From Lytechinus pictus (lineage: Eukaryota), in NCBI RefSeq assembly GCF_037042905.1, contig NC_087245.1, positions 14,138,001 through 14,202,000 of the forward strand: a stretch of 64,000 bases of DNA. The letters are read 5' to 3'. The notes under the pieces were generated by a model. It ran no database searches, was not told the origin of the DNA, and saw only the letters and a program-made list of their open reading frames with translations. The position numbers and the translations under genes were made by a program. Below, piece after piece: positions 49,724 through 63,524 of this stretch. Each line of letters opens with the position of its first letter. Position 1 is the stretch's first letter.

Positions 49724-52700
49724 TGAGTTAACATCAAGACAAAAAGTCTATGTTAAAAAAACACAACCTGCAAGGTCATTTGGCATGATTCTGGTTGCTA
49801 GTTAGCACAGTGGCGTGCCTGTAATCAGCGTTAAATACACAAAACGAGGCAATGGATGGGTGACAAGTTGTGATTAGGCACGGTCTCCCTCAGCGCCACG
49901 ATGGCATGTAGGCCAACCATGTGCATTTGAACAAACAATGTGGGAGTAGCTAATGGCAGCTTGTTGAATAGTTAGCCATCAAGGGTCTGTAAAATAACAT
50001 CAATGATGGTCATTTGGGTCAAGAGAAAGTTTGGGAAGTGGTGTGATTGATTTAAATAAGATCAACAATGGGAAGGAAGTGATGTCCTTTCGAAATAATG
50101 CAATAATTGTCTTCTTTTTTTTAAGCCATCTATGGTTTGTGAAATCAAAGCAAGGATAGTTGCTGTCCAGCAGGAAAGTTTTTTGAGGAGAGAGAAAGAT
50201 TGGGGAATAGGGTGATTAATTCTATTAAAAATCATTGACATATTTTATTATCTAACTTTCACGGTGCTATTAATAAATTATGTGTGCTCATATTTGGATC
50301 TTTGATTTGACCAATCATCATGCTCTTTTCTTTTTATAAAGACAGTGCATTTATAAGGCTTGATATTCGATTATGACGTTGCTTGCTTTCCATATTAAGA
50401 TTAGTAGATTTGAATCCATTACAAGTTATCACAATAAAAAAAAGGATTTAGAGTATTAAATCATAGTAAAGAATTAAATTGGTATTAAATAATTTAGGAA
50501 ATGTGTAGATATGCAACATAAGAAATTGAATTGATAGAAATGGTCGCAGAAGGTTTAAAAGTGTAGCATTTTTTAAGAATGTATCATTGCAAAAGCTAAA
50601 GTTTGTTCATTACATGTGATAACATTGAGGAGTAAGAATTGCTATTATCGCATTCCAAATTGCAGTGAACTTAACCCCTTGTGCTCCATCATGGAAATCG
50701 ATGTATCTACATTAAGTCATGAGGCAATCCTTAAAGCAGGGAGCTTTTTTTTATCAAGAAATACAGAATTATTCGGTTAAATCACTCAAGATTGCTCAGA
50801 TGTTCACTGGACCATGTTTCTCAAATGCCAAGGTCAGGAGTCTTCTTTTAGAGCTTCCTACCTCTCTAGAATTTTAAAAATTCCGAACAGCTTGACAAGA
50901 AATATATTGTGCCCCTCATCCACATGTTAAAAGGTCATCTTTCAGGATAAAACCCTATGCACAAGCATACCGAGAAGGCATGTTACTTACTCTCCAAAAG
51001 CATTGTACTTTTTTCAGGCTTGTGAAGTTGATTTGGCAGTCAAAGTGTTCTATTTCTGCAATGAATTAACTTTTGTTTAGTTATCTTTCGAATTTCAACA
51101 AAGGTTGTTTTTAGCAATGTAGAGGCTTGCCAGAGATTTTACATGAATAGCTTTAGTTGGGTAAAAATAATGTATGCAAAGTTAAAGAAAAGAAGGAAAA
51201 AAGGCCAAGGAATAGCATGATACATCTAGAGAAGAATTGCATCATTAATTTTGATGCCTTCACATTATTGAACTGGCCCATGGTGCATTTATTCATTGCC
51301 CTTCAATCATGATGTTTTTCATAGTAAAATATTATATGAAAAAATAATTTTTTAAATTTGGTCATTGATGCAATAACACATCGTCCATCAAATATTAATA
51401 TTAACATGTCAATATTTACCAGTATCTGTACAGGTGTTTAATGAGATTAACAAGAGTGTTGGTAAGCATTAGTATCACCTTTGCATGATTGGTTTGGGCC
51501 ATTATTTTTTTTTTAATGCCATCGAATACCAGAAACCCCATCAATACAAGTATGACATCAACACCATGCGGACCTGCTATTTTAGTAATAATTGTAGTAG
51601 CAAACATTAATATTATCAATTCCTCAATGAAGGAAACTGAATATCTTTCATCGAAACTTTGAAGAATCTATTTATGTGAATAATTCTTTTATATGTGACC
51701 ATTTAGGGAAATGGCATTGAGGCGAAACTAGAAAAAGTGGAAACATAAGCCTGCAAGATGGATTTCTTTTAATAGAATTGGATAGAACATTCTTCTCGAG
51801 TGTCGGCAGCTTTCCAGGGCATACCTTTTTAGTAAGCATTCCCATGATCCAAACAGAAATTAATTTCCCTGCCCAGGGATGTGAAATTTGTTCTCAAATG
51901 AGGAAGAGGGGGGGGGGGCAGTCAAAGAAAGGGTATTGGCAGTGGTGGGCCTCCATGAAATAGGAATAGCCTGAAAATGATTTTTTTTTCTTCACTATTT
52001 TTTATTTGCAATGGAAGCATTTAATGATTTACTGATGTATTCAGTGCTATGAAATGGCAATGAATAAAATATGTGTTTATTATAATATTATGTTTTAGGC
52101 ATTGTAGGTTATTCTTTAATATTAAAATGTTTAGGGAAACATTATTGCTCAGCTCTCACAAAACAAAACCCTTAAATATGACCAGCATAAAGTAATGGGA
52201 AAACGCTGTGGAAAGTCATTCATGTCGTTTTGTACGTGTATGTGTGATTTCTGTCAATAATTAGATGTTAGATTATCCAAATCTGGCATCCAACTGATAA
52301 TTTCTCTCAATTTTTTCATATTCATATAATCATGGATAGACAGCTAACATACCTAAAAAACAGGTTTATGAAAGAACAAATTAAAAGGTAATGAAACAAA
52401 TCAAGTAAATAAAAGTTTATTTATCCAAAGACTGTAATTCATTTAAGAGCCAGAGAAATTATCTTACAAAACGTAGTTGAGTGATAGTTGTGCTAGATGT
52501 AATCCTTACATTCCAAATAGGCAAATAGAATGTAGTTTAATAAGAGGGCATAAATGTCTGTAAAGGTTTCCTCCACCAAGGTAACTCTACGAGCACCTGT
52601 ACTTTGTAACTGATGTAACTATATATCATTTTATTGCGCGATTGTCGTATGAAGCTAGCTCCCTGAGCCGTCAATCTCCTCCAAGTGCATCGTAGAGAAA

Positions 52701-53384
52701 AATCATTATCCACTCGTGGCTGCAATTACATGAAGGGGTCTAACATGAAAATCGCTTCATTAAGAAGATGAAGCTCTTAGCACCCCTTCTAAGACATATC
52801 CTGTGCCGTCTCTTTTTCTCAAGATCTGTCTATCTTTTCTTTGTCTTCTAAATCTCATCTGCCCCAAAGTGCTATGGGTTTGGATAGATGAGTTTGCTGC
52901 TTACACAAAATAATGCAGGTATGTGTTATTATGGAGGGGAAAAAATCAAAGAATGAATTTCATTAGTTTAATTTTAGACCATGCATATTCATTCTTGTGC
53001 AAGTACTTTGGAAAAAAAAAGCCAACCAAAACTGGTCTGTATTGATTCGTAGTTCTTTAGTAATCAGAGTTCAAGTTGTAAATTGTCAAAATCATATTTT
53101 ATGTCTCTCTCTCTCATGTAAAAATACTTTCTTTCAATATTGAGATTCTTGCAGAACTTGGACTAGTGTGTGCCACATGAATGAGGTACATGTTGCATTT
53201 TTTTTTACAAGTTGGAAGTAAAGTAAGAGCAGTATTAGACTTTGCTGCTGCTGTCTTTCTTCAGTTGGAGACAAAGGCTTTGACTGATTATGCTTGGAAA
53301 GTGTTCGCATTGTATCGATTGCTAATGCACTTCATTTTAAATTTTGGAATACGAGTTTGCCTTTTCATATTCAATGATTGGTGA

Positions 53385-53740
53385 TCACTGATGATGATAT
53401 TCGTCCTTCACTTGCGAAGACGTCCACAACTTTGCAAATTATTGTGGGTGAGAAGATGACTGAATAGACCAATCTTTGCCTGAAAATATCTGGTGTAGTG
53501 TGGACAATCAAAAGCCGGTAGGGGGGCAGGCACTGCAATGGCGTTTGCTCTGCCTTTTTGATGCTGGCATTTTCCATTACTGCTTGTCCACAGACTAGTA
53601 GCCTGACACACCAGCCCTAACCATTGTGCACCAGGCAGAGCAGTCCTCAGCTGATTCTTTTGTGCTGGCCTCTGTATCTCCAAACTTTCAATCTGTAGGA
53701 ATTGGTTTGGCCCTGTACCCCTCTTTCATGTAGCTTGTTG
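53385..53740 (-). mobile_element. 5'-truncated, decayed RTE-clade LINE 3' end
   Basis: The minus-strand ORF ends in FDCPHYTRYFQAKIGLFSHLLTH, a degenerate C2H2 finger typical of RTE ORF2 C-termini. A short 3' UTR and an (ATC)n-like tail follow. Confidence 0.75.
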
Positions 53741-55313
53741 AATCAAGGTTTCTATCAATATAACCTTTGATGGTTAGACGGAATAGAGGTCCAGGTTTGA
53801 ACTTAGTTATCTCTCAGTAATTATGAATCAAATATGCTTCCACCTATTTAGTATTTGGATGTTGATATTTTGTCATTCTTCAAGCATACCTATTCATGGA
53901 AATCAACTCTTACCATGAAATGCAGTCAAATAACCACTCCCTCTATACTAGTTAATCAACAGAGGGCTCACTTTATGAATCCACTGCAGAGCCATTCAAT
54001 TTTCCTTCCTGACAACCCAAGGAACCTGCAATAACTGTTCATTTAGGGTATGTTACCTTCCCAGAATTGGAGTAATGCGATCCGAAGATCTCCAAACTTG
54101 ATTAATTGGCCAATGATAACACAGATCATAGTCAATATTGGCCTTGCTGTCCGGGAAGTCATGGTACAAGTGATATAGGAGGAATAGCTACGCAGCCAGT
54201 AAAGCCTGTCATGCATGTCAGTGCTCTGGCAGACCTTTGGTTATAATATCTCTGTGGGTTATCAAAGTTAAAACTAACTGTATATTAAAAAAATAAACTA
54301 TAATGTGATCATGGTGATTAAAGGCTCCAGTCATGGTTACATAATAAATTATCACAGTAGTAACATATTAATGTATATGATCATGAAATACCATCCTTCT
54401 TAATCATCTTTAAATGTAATTTTCCTTGTTCAAATTTTTAATCCCAGCACCCCCCCCCCCCCCACCCCATCTGAGATTGATGTTTGTACAATTTTACATT
54501 GCCTTTAAGAAAATGATAGATTTCTAATATACATGTCACATGATCATGAATTTCGATTTCTTCATTACTAATTTTGTTTTCTTTTTCGTTTTGATCGTGA
54601 TGACGTAGTCGTAGTGGCACCATTGCGCATTGCATAATTACAAAGTTCTGTACTGTAACAAAATTATTTTCTCCAGATTTTTCATCAATTTGTCTTCATT
54701 CTGAATGATAATGACTTTTATTGTTGGTTCTATCCTGTACCTTGCTCGTTCATCTCTTACCCACTCCTTAAGTCTATAATCATATTCTCCAGGTCTTTTT
54801 CTATCTCAACTACTTGTCAAGAGCATAATTCATATTAAGTGAATGCATAGAGTATGCATAGAATTAGACCGCATCACTATTTCTATGCATTTTTTTCTTT
54901 CTTGTGCATTGCTTCTTCTCCCCCACCTTGTCTTGTGTTTATTCCTTAATTCCTTCAACACAAACCCCTTTTTTCCCTCTTTCTTTTTCCCTCTTTCCAC
55001 TTGCAAACTCTCTATTCAGTTGTGCGTAGATATATAGATAGGGATCATATGCTGCATGTTTATGCGGGGTAATTTAAAATTCCATCCGTCATATCTCTTT
55101 TAAATCTATCTGCCTCCATTACTGTGAGGTCAGAGTAAAGCAAGGCTGGCAAAGCAGAGCAAAATCTCATCTTTCATTTTGTTTGCCATGAAAAGGTGGA
55201 TTTTTCTTTCTGGATTTTGACTCACAAGCTTTGTAGCTGCTACTACGGCTACTTCATCAAGAGACGTTTAGTAGTGGTTGAATAGTGGAGTGTGTGTGAA
55301 TAAGACGTGAACC

Positions 55314-55365
55314 ATGTCTGGATGTATGGAATGGTTCTGGCAAACCTGTTATACAGGAGAAGAAG
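55314..55365 (+). CDS. Candidate alternative first coding exon of a short Trio isoform (MSGCMEWFWQTCYTGEE+1 nt)
   Basis: accATGt start context, 17 open codons, then AAG|gtaaca donor in phase 1, the same phase as the intron after the SH3 exon. Inr-like TCAGTT at 55016. Confidence 0.55.
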
Positions 55366-55741
55366 GTAACACTTTTTATATTCATCTTGTATTTTAGTAC
55401 ATCAACAATCTGGGGTGGATTAATTAGATAAGTTGCATATTTGTGCAGTAACTTTCAATGGTTTTCTGTGTGTGTTCCCTTATTATGTTCAGTCGCAGTG
55501 CTCTGATTAATTCATATAATTATATCTTTATCCAGGCCTCTTACTTCAGCCCCCACAAATGGGAAAGTTATACATCTCTGTTTGTCTCTGTTGTATTTTA
55601 TATTTATGTATGATCTTTTTTGTATGATCTTTTTTTCTTAATTCTTGATAATTAATTATCAGATATTCCTCTTTTTACTGCTTTGATTATCTTGTTTTAC
55701 TTTAACCCCTTTCTCTGTATGTCTGTCTCTCTGTCTCCCTG

Positions 55742-55746
<5 letters not shown>

Positions 55747-55811
<65 letters not shown>

Positions 55812-55828
55812 ATATATATATGTGTGTT
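55747..55828. repeat. Compound (CT)n(AT)n(GT)n microsatellite
   Basis: Directly visible. Confidence 0.95.
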
Positions 55829-56296
55829 TCTATCATATCTGTAAGTAAACGATAGCATAATAATCATGATAAAGAAATTTAGGCAATCTGTTTTTGTGTG
55901 TGTTTGTGATTTTCTTAATTTCTCTTTCTAATACGTTGCCTGTATGTTATCTTATAACCCAGGTTTCTGCACACCATATTTCTAATTAATGCAGATCCTA
56001 CATTGCAGTCTTGTCTCTTTGGTTCCTATGTGGCATTGATAAATATTTATGATTACATAATAAATTAAAATTGTGAAAATTGATCCTTGCAATTGTGTCA
56101 AGCTAGATGCAATCTAATTCATATTGCCTCTTTTTAGCCTCTTTGCTTGTTTAAAAAAAAATATATTTTCATCGTGGTTCCTATTTTTTGTTGTTAATTC
56201 TAAATTACACTTTGTATTGAATCTGGTAGCAATTTGCTAGGCTCTTATATAACTTTTACAGTAAAGTTGTTGAATAACCTTTTTATGATGAAATAG

Positions 56297-56731
56297 CAGG
56301 GTTCCCAGCCCATCAGGGAAATCAGGGAAAATTGTTTTACTTTTTTCCAGTCAGGGAAAAATCAGGGAAATTGATAAAGAAATACCTCAAATCGGGGGAA
56401 AATGCTTTGAATCAGGGAAAATCAGGGAAATTTGATCGGCCCAAAAGTCAAAAGCACGGTAGTCAGTCAGACTCTGTTGTATTTTGTTGCATATCAAAAC
56501 AACATCCATTGAATTACTGGTTATGGTGGTTATGGGTATGGTGGATGGCTGTATAGGGGGAAGGGAGGCTATCACATGCCTGTGCAAATAGTAGTTTTAT
56601 ATTATTGTTTTTATACTGAAAATACATGTAATTCACTGCAACAACTTAGAAAACATGCGAAACTGGGAATGGGTTTGAATAATTATCAGCAAATTTTGAC
56701 TTTTTGTTTTCTTGAAAAGCTGGGAACACTG
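56297..56731. mobile_element. hAT-like MITE
   Basis: CAGGGTTCCCAG ... CTGGGAACACTG TIRs and five subterminal TCAGGGAAA repeats. No intact 8-bp TSD. Confidence 0.7.
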
Positions 56732-56942
56732 AAAAGTCCTTTATAACAATCATTGATTAATATTTTACAATTTCAATTTCCCTCTTAGTTTTTCATGATA
56801 TAACCACCAAGAACAAGTTTTCTATATTTTGGAGAAATCATTATTTGTGGTATTAGTGGCCTAGTCATGTGGATGGTGTTATGCAGTCATTTGTTCTGAC
56901 AAGGAAAAGGCACTGAATACCAATTTTTTTTATTAGATTGCA

Positions 56943-57083
56943 TGAACTTGCTAAAACTGAAATATTAAATGAGCTATTGAAAGGTTCAAGGAATAAAAAT
57001 CTTTTCCAAAATTTTATATATTCAACATTGCATAAAGCTTGAACTTGCTAAAACTAAAATATTAAATGAGCAAATGAAAGGTT
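56943..57083. repeat. Local 44-bp imperfect direct duplication
   Basis: TGAACTTGCTAAAACT(G/A)AAATATTAAATGAGC..TGAAAGGTT at 56943 and 57040. Confidence 0.85.
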
Positions 57084-60000
57084 GGAAGGCTGCATAAATC
57101 TGAATCCAACAATTTAAGTGGTAAATGCAATATTTGGAAAAGTTTGTCATTCCTCCAGCCTTTCAATTGCTCATATAACATTTTAGCATGATGTTGTGGA
57201 CTTAAAATCCCCAGAATTTGCCTTTTCTTTTTCTGTAGAAAATGTTGATTCATATAAATCTTTTCAAACATTGTAGGGTCATGACAAAGAAGTCCCGGAC
57301 CTTGCATTTACACAAGGATGACTAGAGCTGTCATCTACTTTCATAAGGGTCATATTAGCCCTGATGGAGTTGCTTCCTCCAGCTATCTGTAAATCTAACA
57401 TTGATTTAACATATGTTTGCAGGCCATTTTCTGTCAAATTTCTGGTTTCACTTCTACATAATTATTCCCTCATACAACATGGCAAACCATTGGACTAGTT
57501 AAACTTGACCCCTGCTTTAACTCACTGAAATCCAGTCAGAGGCCTGCCAATGTGTTTAGCAGACAGGGGAGTGATAACGGGCTGTTGGTTACAGTCTTAT
57601 TCTAAGATTTCGCTTTTCTGATTGGAACATCGATTATTATCATCAGAATATCTCTCTCCAGATGATAAACTCAGTTTTAAAAGGTATTAAAATTTAGTTG
57701 AAAATTTAGTTATCAACATCAGGATATTATACAAATAGTGCACCGACTTTGAACAAAAAGTTCCAGCCTCAGTTTTAAGAACAACCTTGGGAAAATGTGC
57801 TTTATGATTTTTTTTTTGTGAGAGAGAGAGAGGCCCGACTAAATATGGTAAGAAATGTGATTTCTCAAGTAGTTTTTTGGTGCCAAGATTCTTTGAGACT
57901 GACAGGACCAATGCTTTGTAGACATCTTATGAAGACAGACACTCCCTTTCACTATTCATGTATACTGCCACCTATTGTTAAGAAATGGTAAGGCTGAGTG
58001 TCGTTGTTTTTTAATGCTTTGTATGCCATCCCCACCCTAACACAGAAGGACTGATTTCCATATTTCATGAAGCGAGTTTTTGGGTTTGAATTCTGCTGAT
58101 AGCTTTTGTGAGGTTTGTAGAGTGATGTGATACATTGTTCATGCCATCAGTGCCATATGAATAAGCAGATTGGAGATTTTTAAAATCTTTTATCATGTCC
58201 TAGCTATCAGTCCTTTTTTCTCTCTCCCTTTCTAACTCCTTACTCATTTCTCTCTTTCTATCTGTTTCCTTTACCCCCCTCTCCCCTTTAACATCTTTCT
58301 CCTACTCTCGCACTCTTTCTTCTCTGAATATCTTATATTATTGCTTTCTTGAGTAGTTATCTGTTATATTCTTTATCAAGAGTGCCATGTTTTGATCTCC
58401 TGCAATGGCAATAATTTCTAATAATTACATTTCGTAATATCTCAATGTCATCTTGTCGGATGTTTATTTCCAAATTCTTTTTGCCTTATATTTTTCTGGT
58501 TGTGGTTATATTTATATCCCCCTTTTTAACCCTATATCTTTCTACTTTTGTAAAATCATCTATCAATCTGATATGTATATAATTCATAGATTGAGAAATT
58601 AGCATTTTATTCATTGTTGCATGTTTCAAAATTTAAAGGTTTAATGCTGTGGTAAACTTAAAAGAAATAGTTGAGAATATTCAAAGGCAGGACATTATTT
58701 CTCATCCATTCTAAAATTTAAAATTGATTATGAACTATGGTCCTAACTCTATGTTCTATTGCCAAACTAAGGAGATTGATAATTGCTTACAATAGAAAAT
58801 AACATGTTAGTACTAAACATGAAAGTTGTGTATAATTTGTATATACTTGACATGCTAATACTACTCATAACTATTCAGTAGTTCTATTGCATCATTAGTG
58901 AGTCATCACCAGGACACGATTGTTAAATTCTTCCATGTATCTGTAACAGTCATACCACAACAATATCTTCAATATTTTTAGTGTTCAGATATATGCCACA
59001 ACAAATATGGCTTGATTAATATGGTAATACATGTACATTATGGTTGGCATCAGGCTTTATAACAAAACTTCCTAAGATGAGGCACAAAAAACAAACCCTG
59101 GTCTTGAAAAAAAATATGCATAATAAATATCGACTCTATAAGAGGGGTTGGGGGGATGGGGGTTCAAATTGTAAAGACAAACGCTTGATATGATATTTTA
59201 GACTTACATTACAAGAATTGCAGTTTTGAAACTATGAACTTCAAACCATTTTTTAAGCCAGGAGGGCAAAAAAATTATCCTGCTGCAACTCTTTTTATGC
59301 CTCAATATCCCTATGACTTTATACACTTTTTCTTATGAGACCCGGGTTTAACTTGTTGCTTACATACTCCTGGGATCCCTGTAGGCTTGTATAGGAATTT
59401 TCCATTTGCCAAGAGACAGTTGGTTAATAAGAGTAAATAATTTGCACTGGATTAGTCATGAAACTAAGAGAAGAAGTGGTTGGATCCGTTGATTACCTGA
59501 TGTAGACTTAACCTATCCTACTCACCTTTCCATTAAACTCCTGCCACCCAAGCCCCTTCTACATCCATCATCACCTCCTTGGTAGGGAGTATGCACGGTG
59601 ATGAGAAGAGCCTGTATTGGTTAGGAATTATGCATTAGCCAGCCCAGTGCAAGCTAGGGAAGAAAGAGTGAAGACTTATTCCACACTCTTTCTCTCCTCG
59701 CATAAGTGTATGCGGAGAGATCTTGCAGACTTGGGTATCGCCCATGCTTTTATGCGCAAGATGCGAAATGGCAGAATCTCTGCATCGTACGTAGCCTGCA
59801 CTCCCAAAGACCATGACGGAATGAGTTTATGGATGCTTATCATAATGATGTCCTTGTTAACATCTTCAAGCAAATGCTGAAACTAAAAAAAAAAAATCTC
59901 TGTTTTATATTGTTTAAAACCATACCCTTAATGGGTTTCTAATGTAAGCATCATATTCAGATATTGTAGCTTGATATGACATTTGAATTGAACTTCTAAG

Positions 60001-61965
60001 ACCCTCTTTGTAGTATAAAGAAAATTTATGTTTTCAGGTTACTTATCTTATGTTGTTTGTCAAATCTCTTTTGTATAATATTTGTTTAATAACAAGTACA
60101 AATGCATACAAATTTTAATTATAGATCAGAAGTGGTGAGTGGATGAAATTAAATATATGAAGAATAATTCAGTTAGATGTTTTTATTTAAGGACAAGCAA
60201 ACATATAAGTTAATTTTTGTAACTCTGTACTTTCCTTTCACTTTACATTTTAGCAAAAAATCATATCACAAAATACAGATGATACAAGAATTCAAGCAAT
60301 CTTTATATGAAATTAATAATTACCATAAAGAATGATATTTCTGCTTGCGTAATCATTGACTTGTATGAATACTACATATTTGATTTGAGTTAACAATGGT
60401 TTGTATATACTTATTTTCTAGTGATGTGGAATACCCATAATGGTTATGATTTATAATTATTTATATTATCTCTGGTTAAAAAGAGGATAATTGATTGTTC
60501 AGATTTCTTGCAGTATTTACATTATGCGACCTTGTCACAGATTGCTCCAACCATAGACCACATTAATCCTATTATCGCCTTCAAAACGAATCCCTTAAAT
60601 CTAGTAATCTTTTCCTCTTGAAATGCTGAAAAATATTGCTCTTTACAGTTAAAAATCCAAGCATCATCCAACTCTCTTTTCGAATACACGTGTATATTAA
60701 GGGTATGATATAGGCCTACATATTTGTATGTTTTACTATTGAAAATAACAGCAGTCTTAATAAAAAAAATTGTAATATTTTATAGAGTATTTTCAGGATA
60801 TGAGTTTGCTCTGAACTCAAGAAAATAGTTCTATGCTTTCATTTAAAGAAAGCCCAAGTTCAGGAATTGATTTTTCATATATTACCAGATGTTGAAGTTC
60901 TTTCATAAATTACTTATAGCTCCCAGCTTTCACCACTTTCATGAAATTAAGCCAAAGTTTTTTTTATCATAAATATGAAGTTCCTAAATAGGGAAGATAG
61001 AAAAAAATTGGTTTGGATTAAGAAATTAATATTGATCATCTGAATTAAGTAATGTTCCATTCATTATGGGGCCAATGCACAGCTCTCATGTAGCATGTGT
61101 AATGTCCTCTTGTTAAGTTATGTAATAGTTAATCAAGTTCTTAACTTGCCATACTTCTTTGAAACTAAAAGATGGGTCACCCATTTGGCACCATACCAAT
61201 GGTCAGTTAGTGGTTTACATTGTAGCAGGAGTCCTTTTAAAAGACATGGTATAGATTTTGCTACTTGGACAGCCCTGTGAAGAAACAATCACTTTATGAT
61301 ATTTTGTGGAAGCAGCATGAACAGAAATTACAAGTAGCGTCTTATAACTATAATGTCCATAATGAATTATTGTTTCATAATGGTCACCGAATGTGTCACA
61401 AATTAAGTCCCAAAACTGAAATTACCCCCATAATTTAGTTTAAAAACCCTTTGTCATGTGCCTAATTACCTCAGCCATTCTGATTATTTGAACATTAGAA
61501 ACCATCTAAGAATATAATGGCAATTGATTAGGAAATGAAAGGAAATTGTTTAGAGATCAGCTTGTGTTGCTTCCAAGACCATGTCCAGGAAATGATGATG
61601 CCAAGAGGATACCTTGAAAGCCATCAATAAAACAAGAGAATATGACCTCAAAAACTAACACCCACAAACATTATACAGGAATTGGATGATTAGTCTAATA
61701 CTACCCAAGGTTGGACGGAAATAATTGTATTCTACTGGATATCCCAATCTACATGATATATATTCAACAACATTCATAGACTTGGTGACTATTCACATGA
61801 TGCATGACTCACTTGGCTTATGTTACATGCTGCTTAGCTCGTTCCAAAATTGATTATGTCTTAATAGCCTGTTGACTATTAGCTTCTGTGGTTCCTGTAC
61901 GTTTTGTACAGAAATTGTACAGTCTTAGTAGGTAATGGGTTAATATACATGCAAAATGATTTTCA

Positions 61966-62083
61966 GGGGCCCATCTTACAAAGAGATCCTATAGGAGTTA
62001 ACTTCAAATTCTAACTGATATTGATCTTAAATTGTATAGTTAAAAGTATGAATTAAGATCATTGTAACTCTTTAGGTGATCTG
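61966..62083. mobile_element. Decayed relative of the 21161 MITE
   Basis: CAG GGGCCCATCTTACAAAGAG left end and a degenerate GTAACTCTTT right end. Confidence 0.5.
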
Positions 62084-62139
62084 GTGTTAGTGGGATTGAT
62101 GTTTATCATGTGGTACTAATCGTAGTTTTTAGCATGTTA

Positions 62140-62512
62140 ATCTTGGCTCACACCTTTGCATTCTGGGCTGCGTAGTATCGCTGCGTTAGCCGAATGCAGT
62201 CTATTGCAGCAATAGGCATACGCAGCTAAATATTCTCTAGCAATCACACTTTTGCCTATGAGCTCATTGGAGCTGGAACGTTTTTTTTTAATAAAATGAC
62301 GGCCTACGGTTGCCTGCAGCTGCCTATGTTGCCTTTTACCTCGCTCTAGCTCGCATCTGCTCGTAGCAGTAAGATTCATTACGAAGTTAGCTCGCCACTC
62401 TACGTGCATACCTTGTTCGTTACTCGCTAGCCACTCGCACTGTCTGCGTTCAGCTGCGAATTGCCTGAACGCTGATAATGCAAGCCCAAAACGCAAAGGT
62501 GTGAGCCAGGCT
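62140..62512. mobile_element. Harbinger-type MITE
   Basis: TGGCTCACACCTTTGC TIR core at both ends, TTA/TAA flanks, GC-rich interior. Confidence 0.8.
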
Positions 62513-63298
62513 TAAAGATGAAACTTTTTTTTTCAGAAGCTTATCAGTTTTCTGATGTAATAAAGAAAATGCCTGGGTCTAGATTATGTTAAGTGTGTGT
62601 TAACGAATAAACGCAAAAAGAACACACCCCAAAAAAAAAAATATATATATATAATAATAATAATAATAATGATAATAAATTAATAAATAAATGAATAAAA
62701 AATAAAAGTGTGACAGAGAATTGTCACTTCAATAATTAGAAAAGAAATTTTGAATGGCTGTTCAAAGAATGAATAATTAGATTGGCATTAAAAAAAATTA
62801 TAATAATAATAATTCCACAGATACATTTAAAAAGGACTCTACAAACTTTAATTCATAATATGTTCATATCTATTTTAGATGAAAAATTCAATTTACAGAA
62901 GTCTAAAAAGAATGATAATGTTTACAAATAACATTAATGCTTGCTTTATAGTTAGCCACCATAGTACAAGTCTTTTGGCATCTTTCACTTCTAATCTTCT
63001 GATTTCAAAATGGACAAAACAATGGAGAAAGCAAGCAAATTATTGTGAAAGATGCTGAGAACAGAATACTGCTAACAACCAGCAATGCTGTCTTTTGGTT
63101 TTTGGTTAGGACAGAATTTTGGTTAAAAGTAAGGATATTGTAACATCTCATTTGATTTTTTTTTATATAGATAGTTTGCATTCATGATGACAGATTCTTT
63201 GAATCAAGACCCAAGTCAAGGCTACGATCGACTAAGAAATCTTCAACTTAGTTGAAATTTGACGTAGAAGATGTAATTAACATGTTTTGCATATTCTC

Positions 63299-63434
63299 GG
63301 TTCCATTTCATAAAGACTTTATTAACAAATGCAAGATTTCTATAACAAATTTACTATCAGCCAATCAGATTGATTGATTTCTGTAGTTTTTATTGTAAAT
63401 TTTTTATTAAAACAGGTTTTTATGAAATGAGACC
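63299..63434. mobile_element. Decayed CWG-type MITE
   Basis: CATTTCATAAA ... TTTATGAAATG inverted ends and a central AGCCAATCAG, as in the 35781 element. Confidence 0.55.
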
Positions 63435-63524
63435 CAGGTCTGAAATAAAGCTTTGGGTTAGGCGATCATTCGACTAATGGAGGGTGGACTTATGGAAAGT
63501 CTACCTATTTTTTAGTCTACCTAT

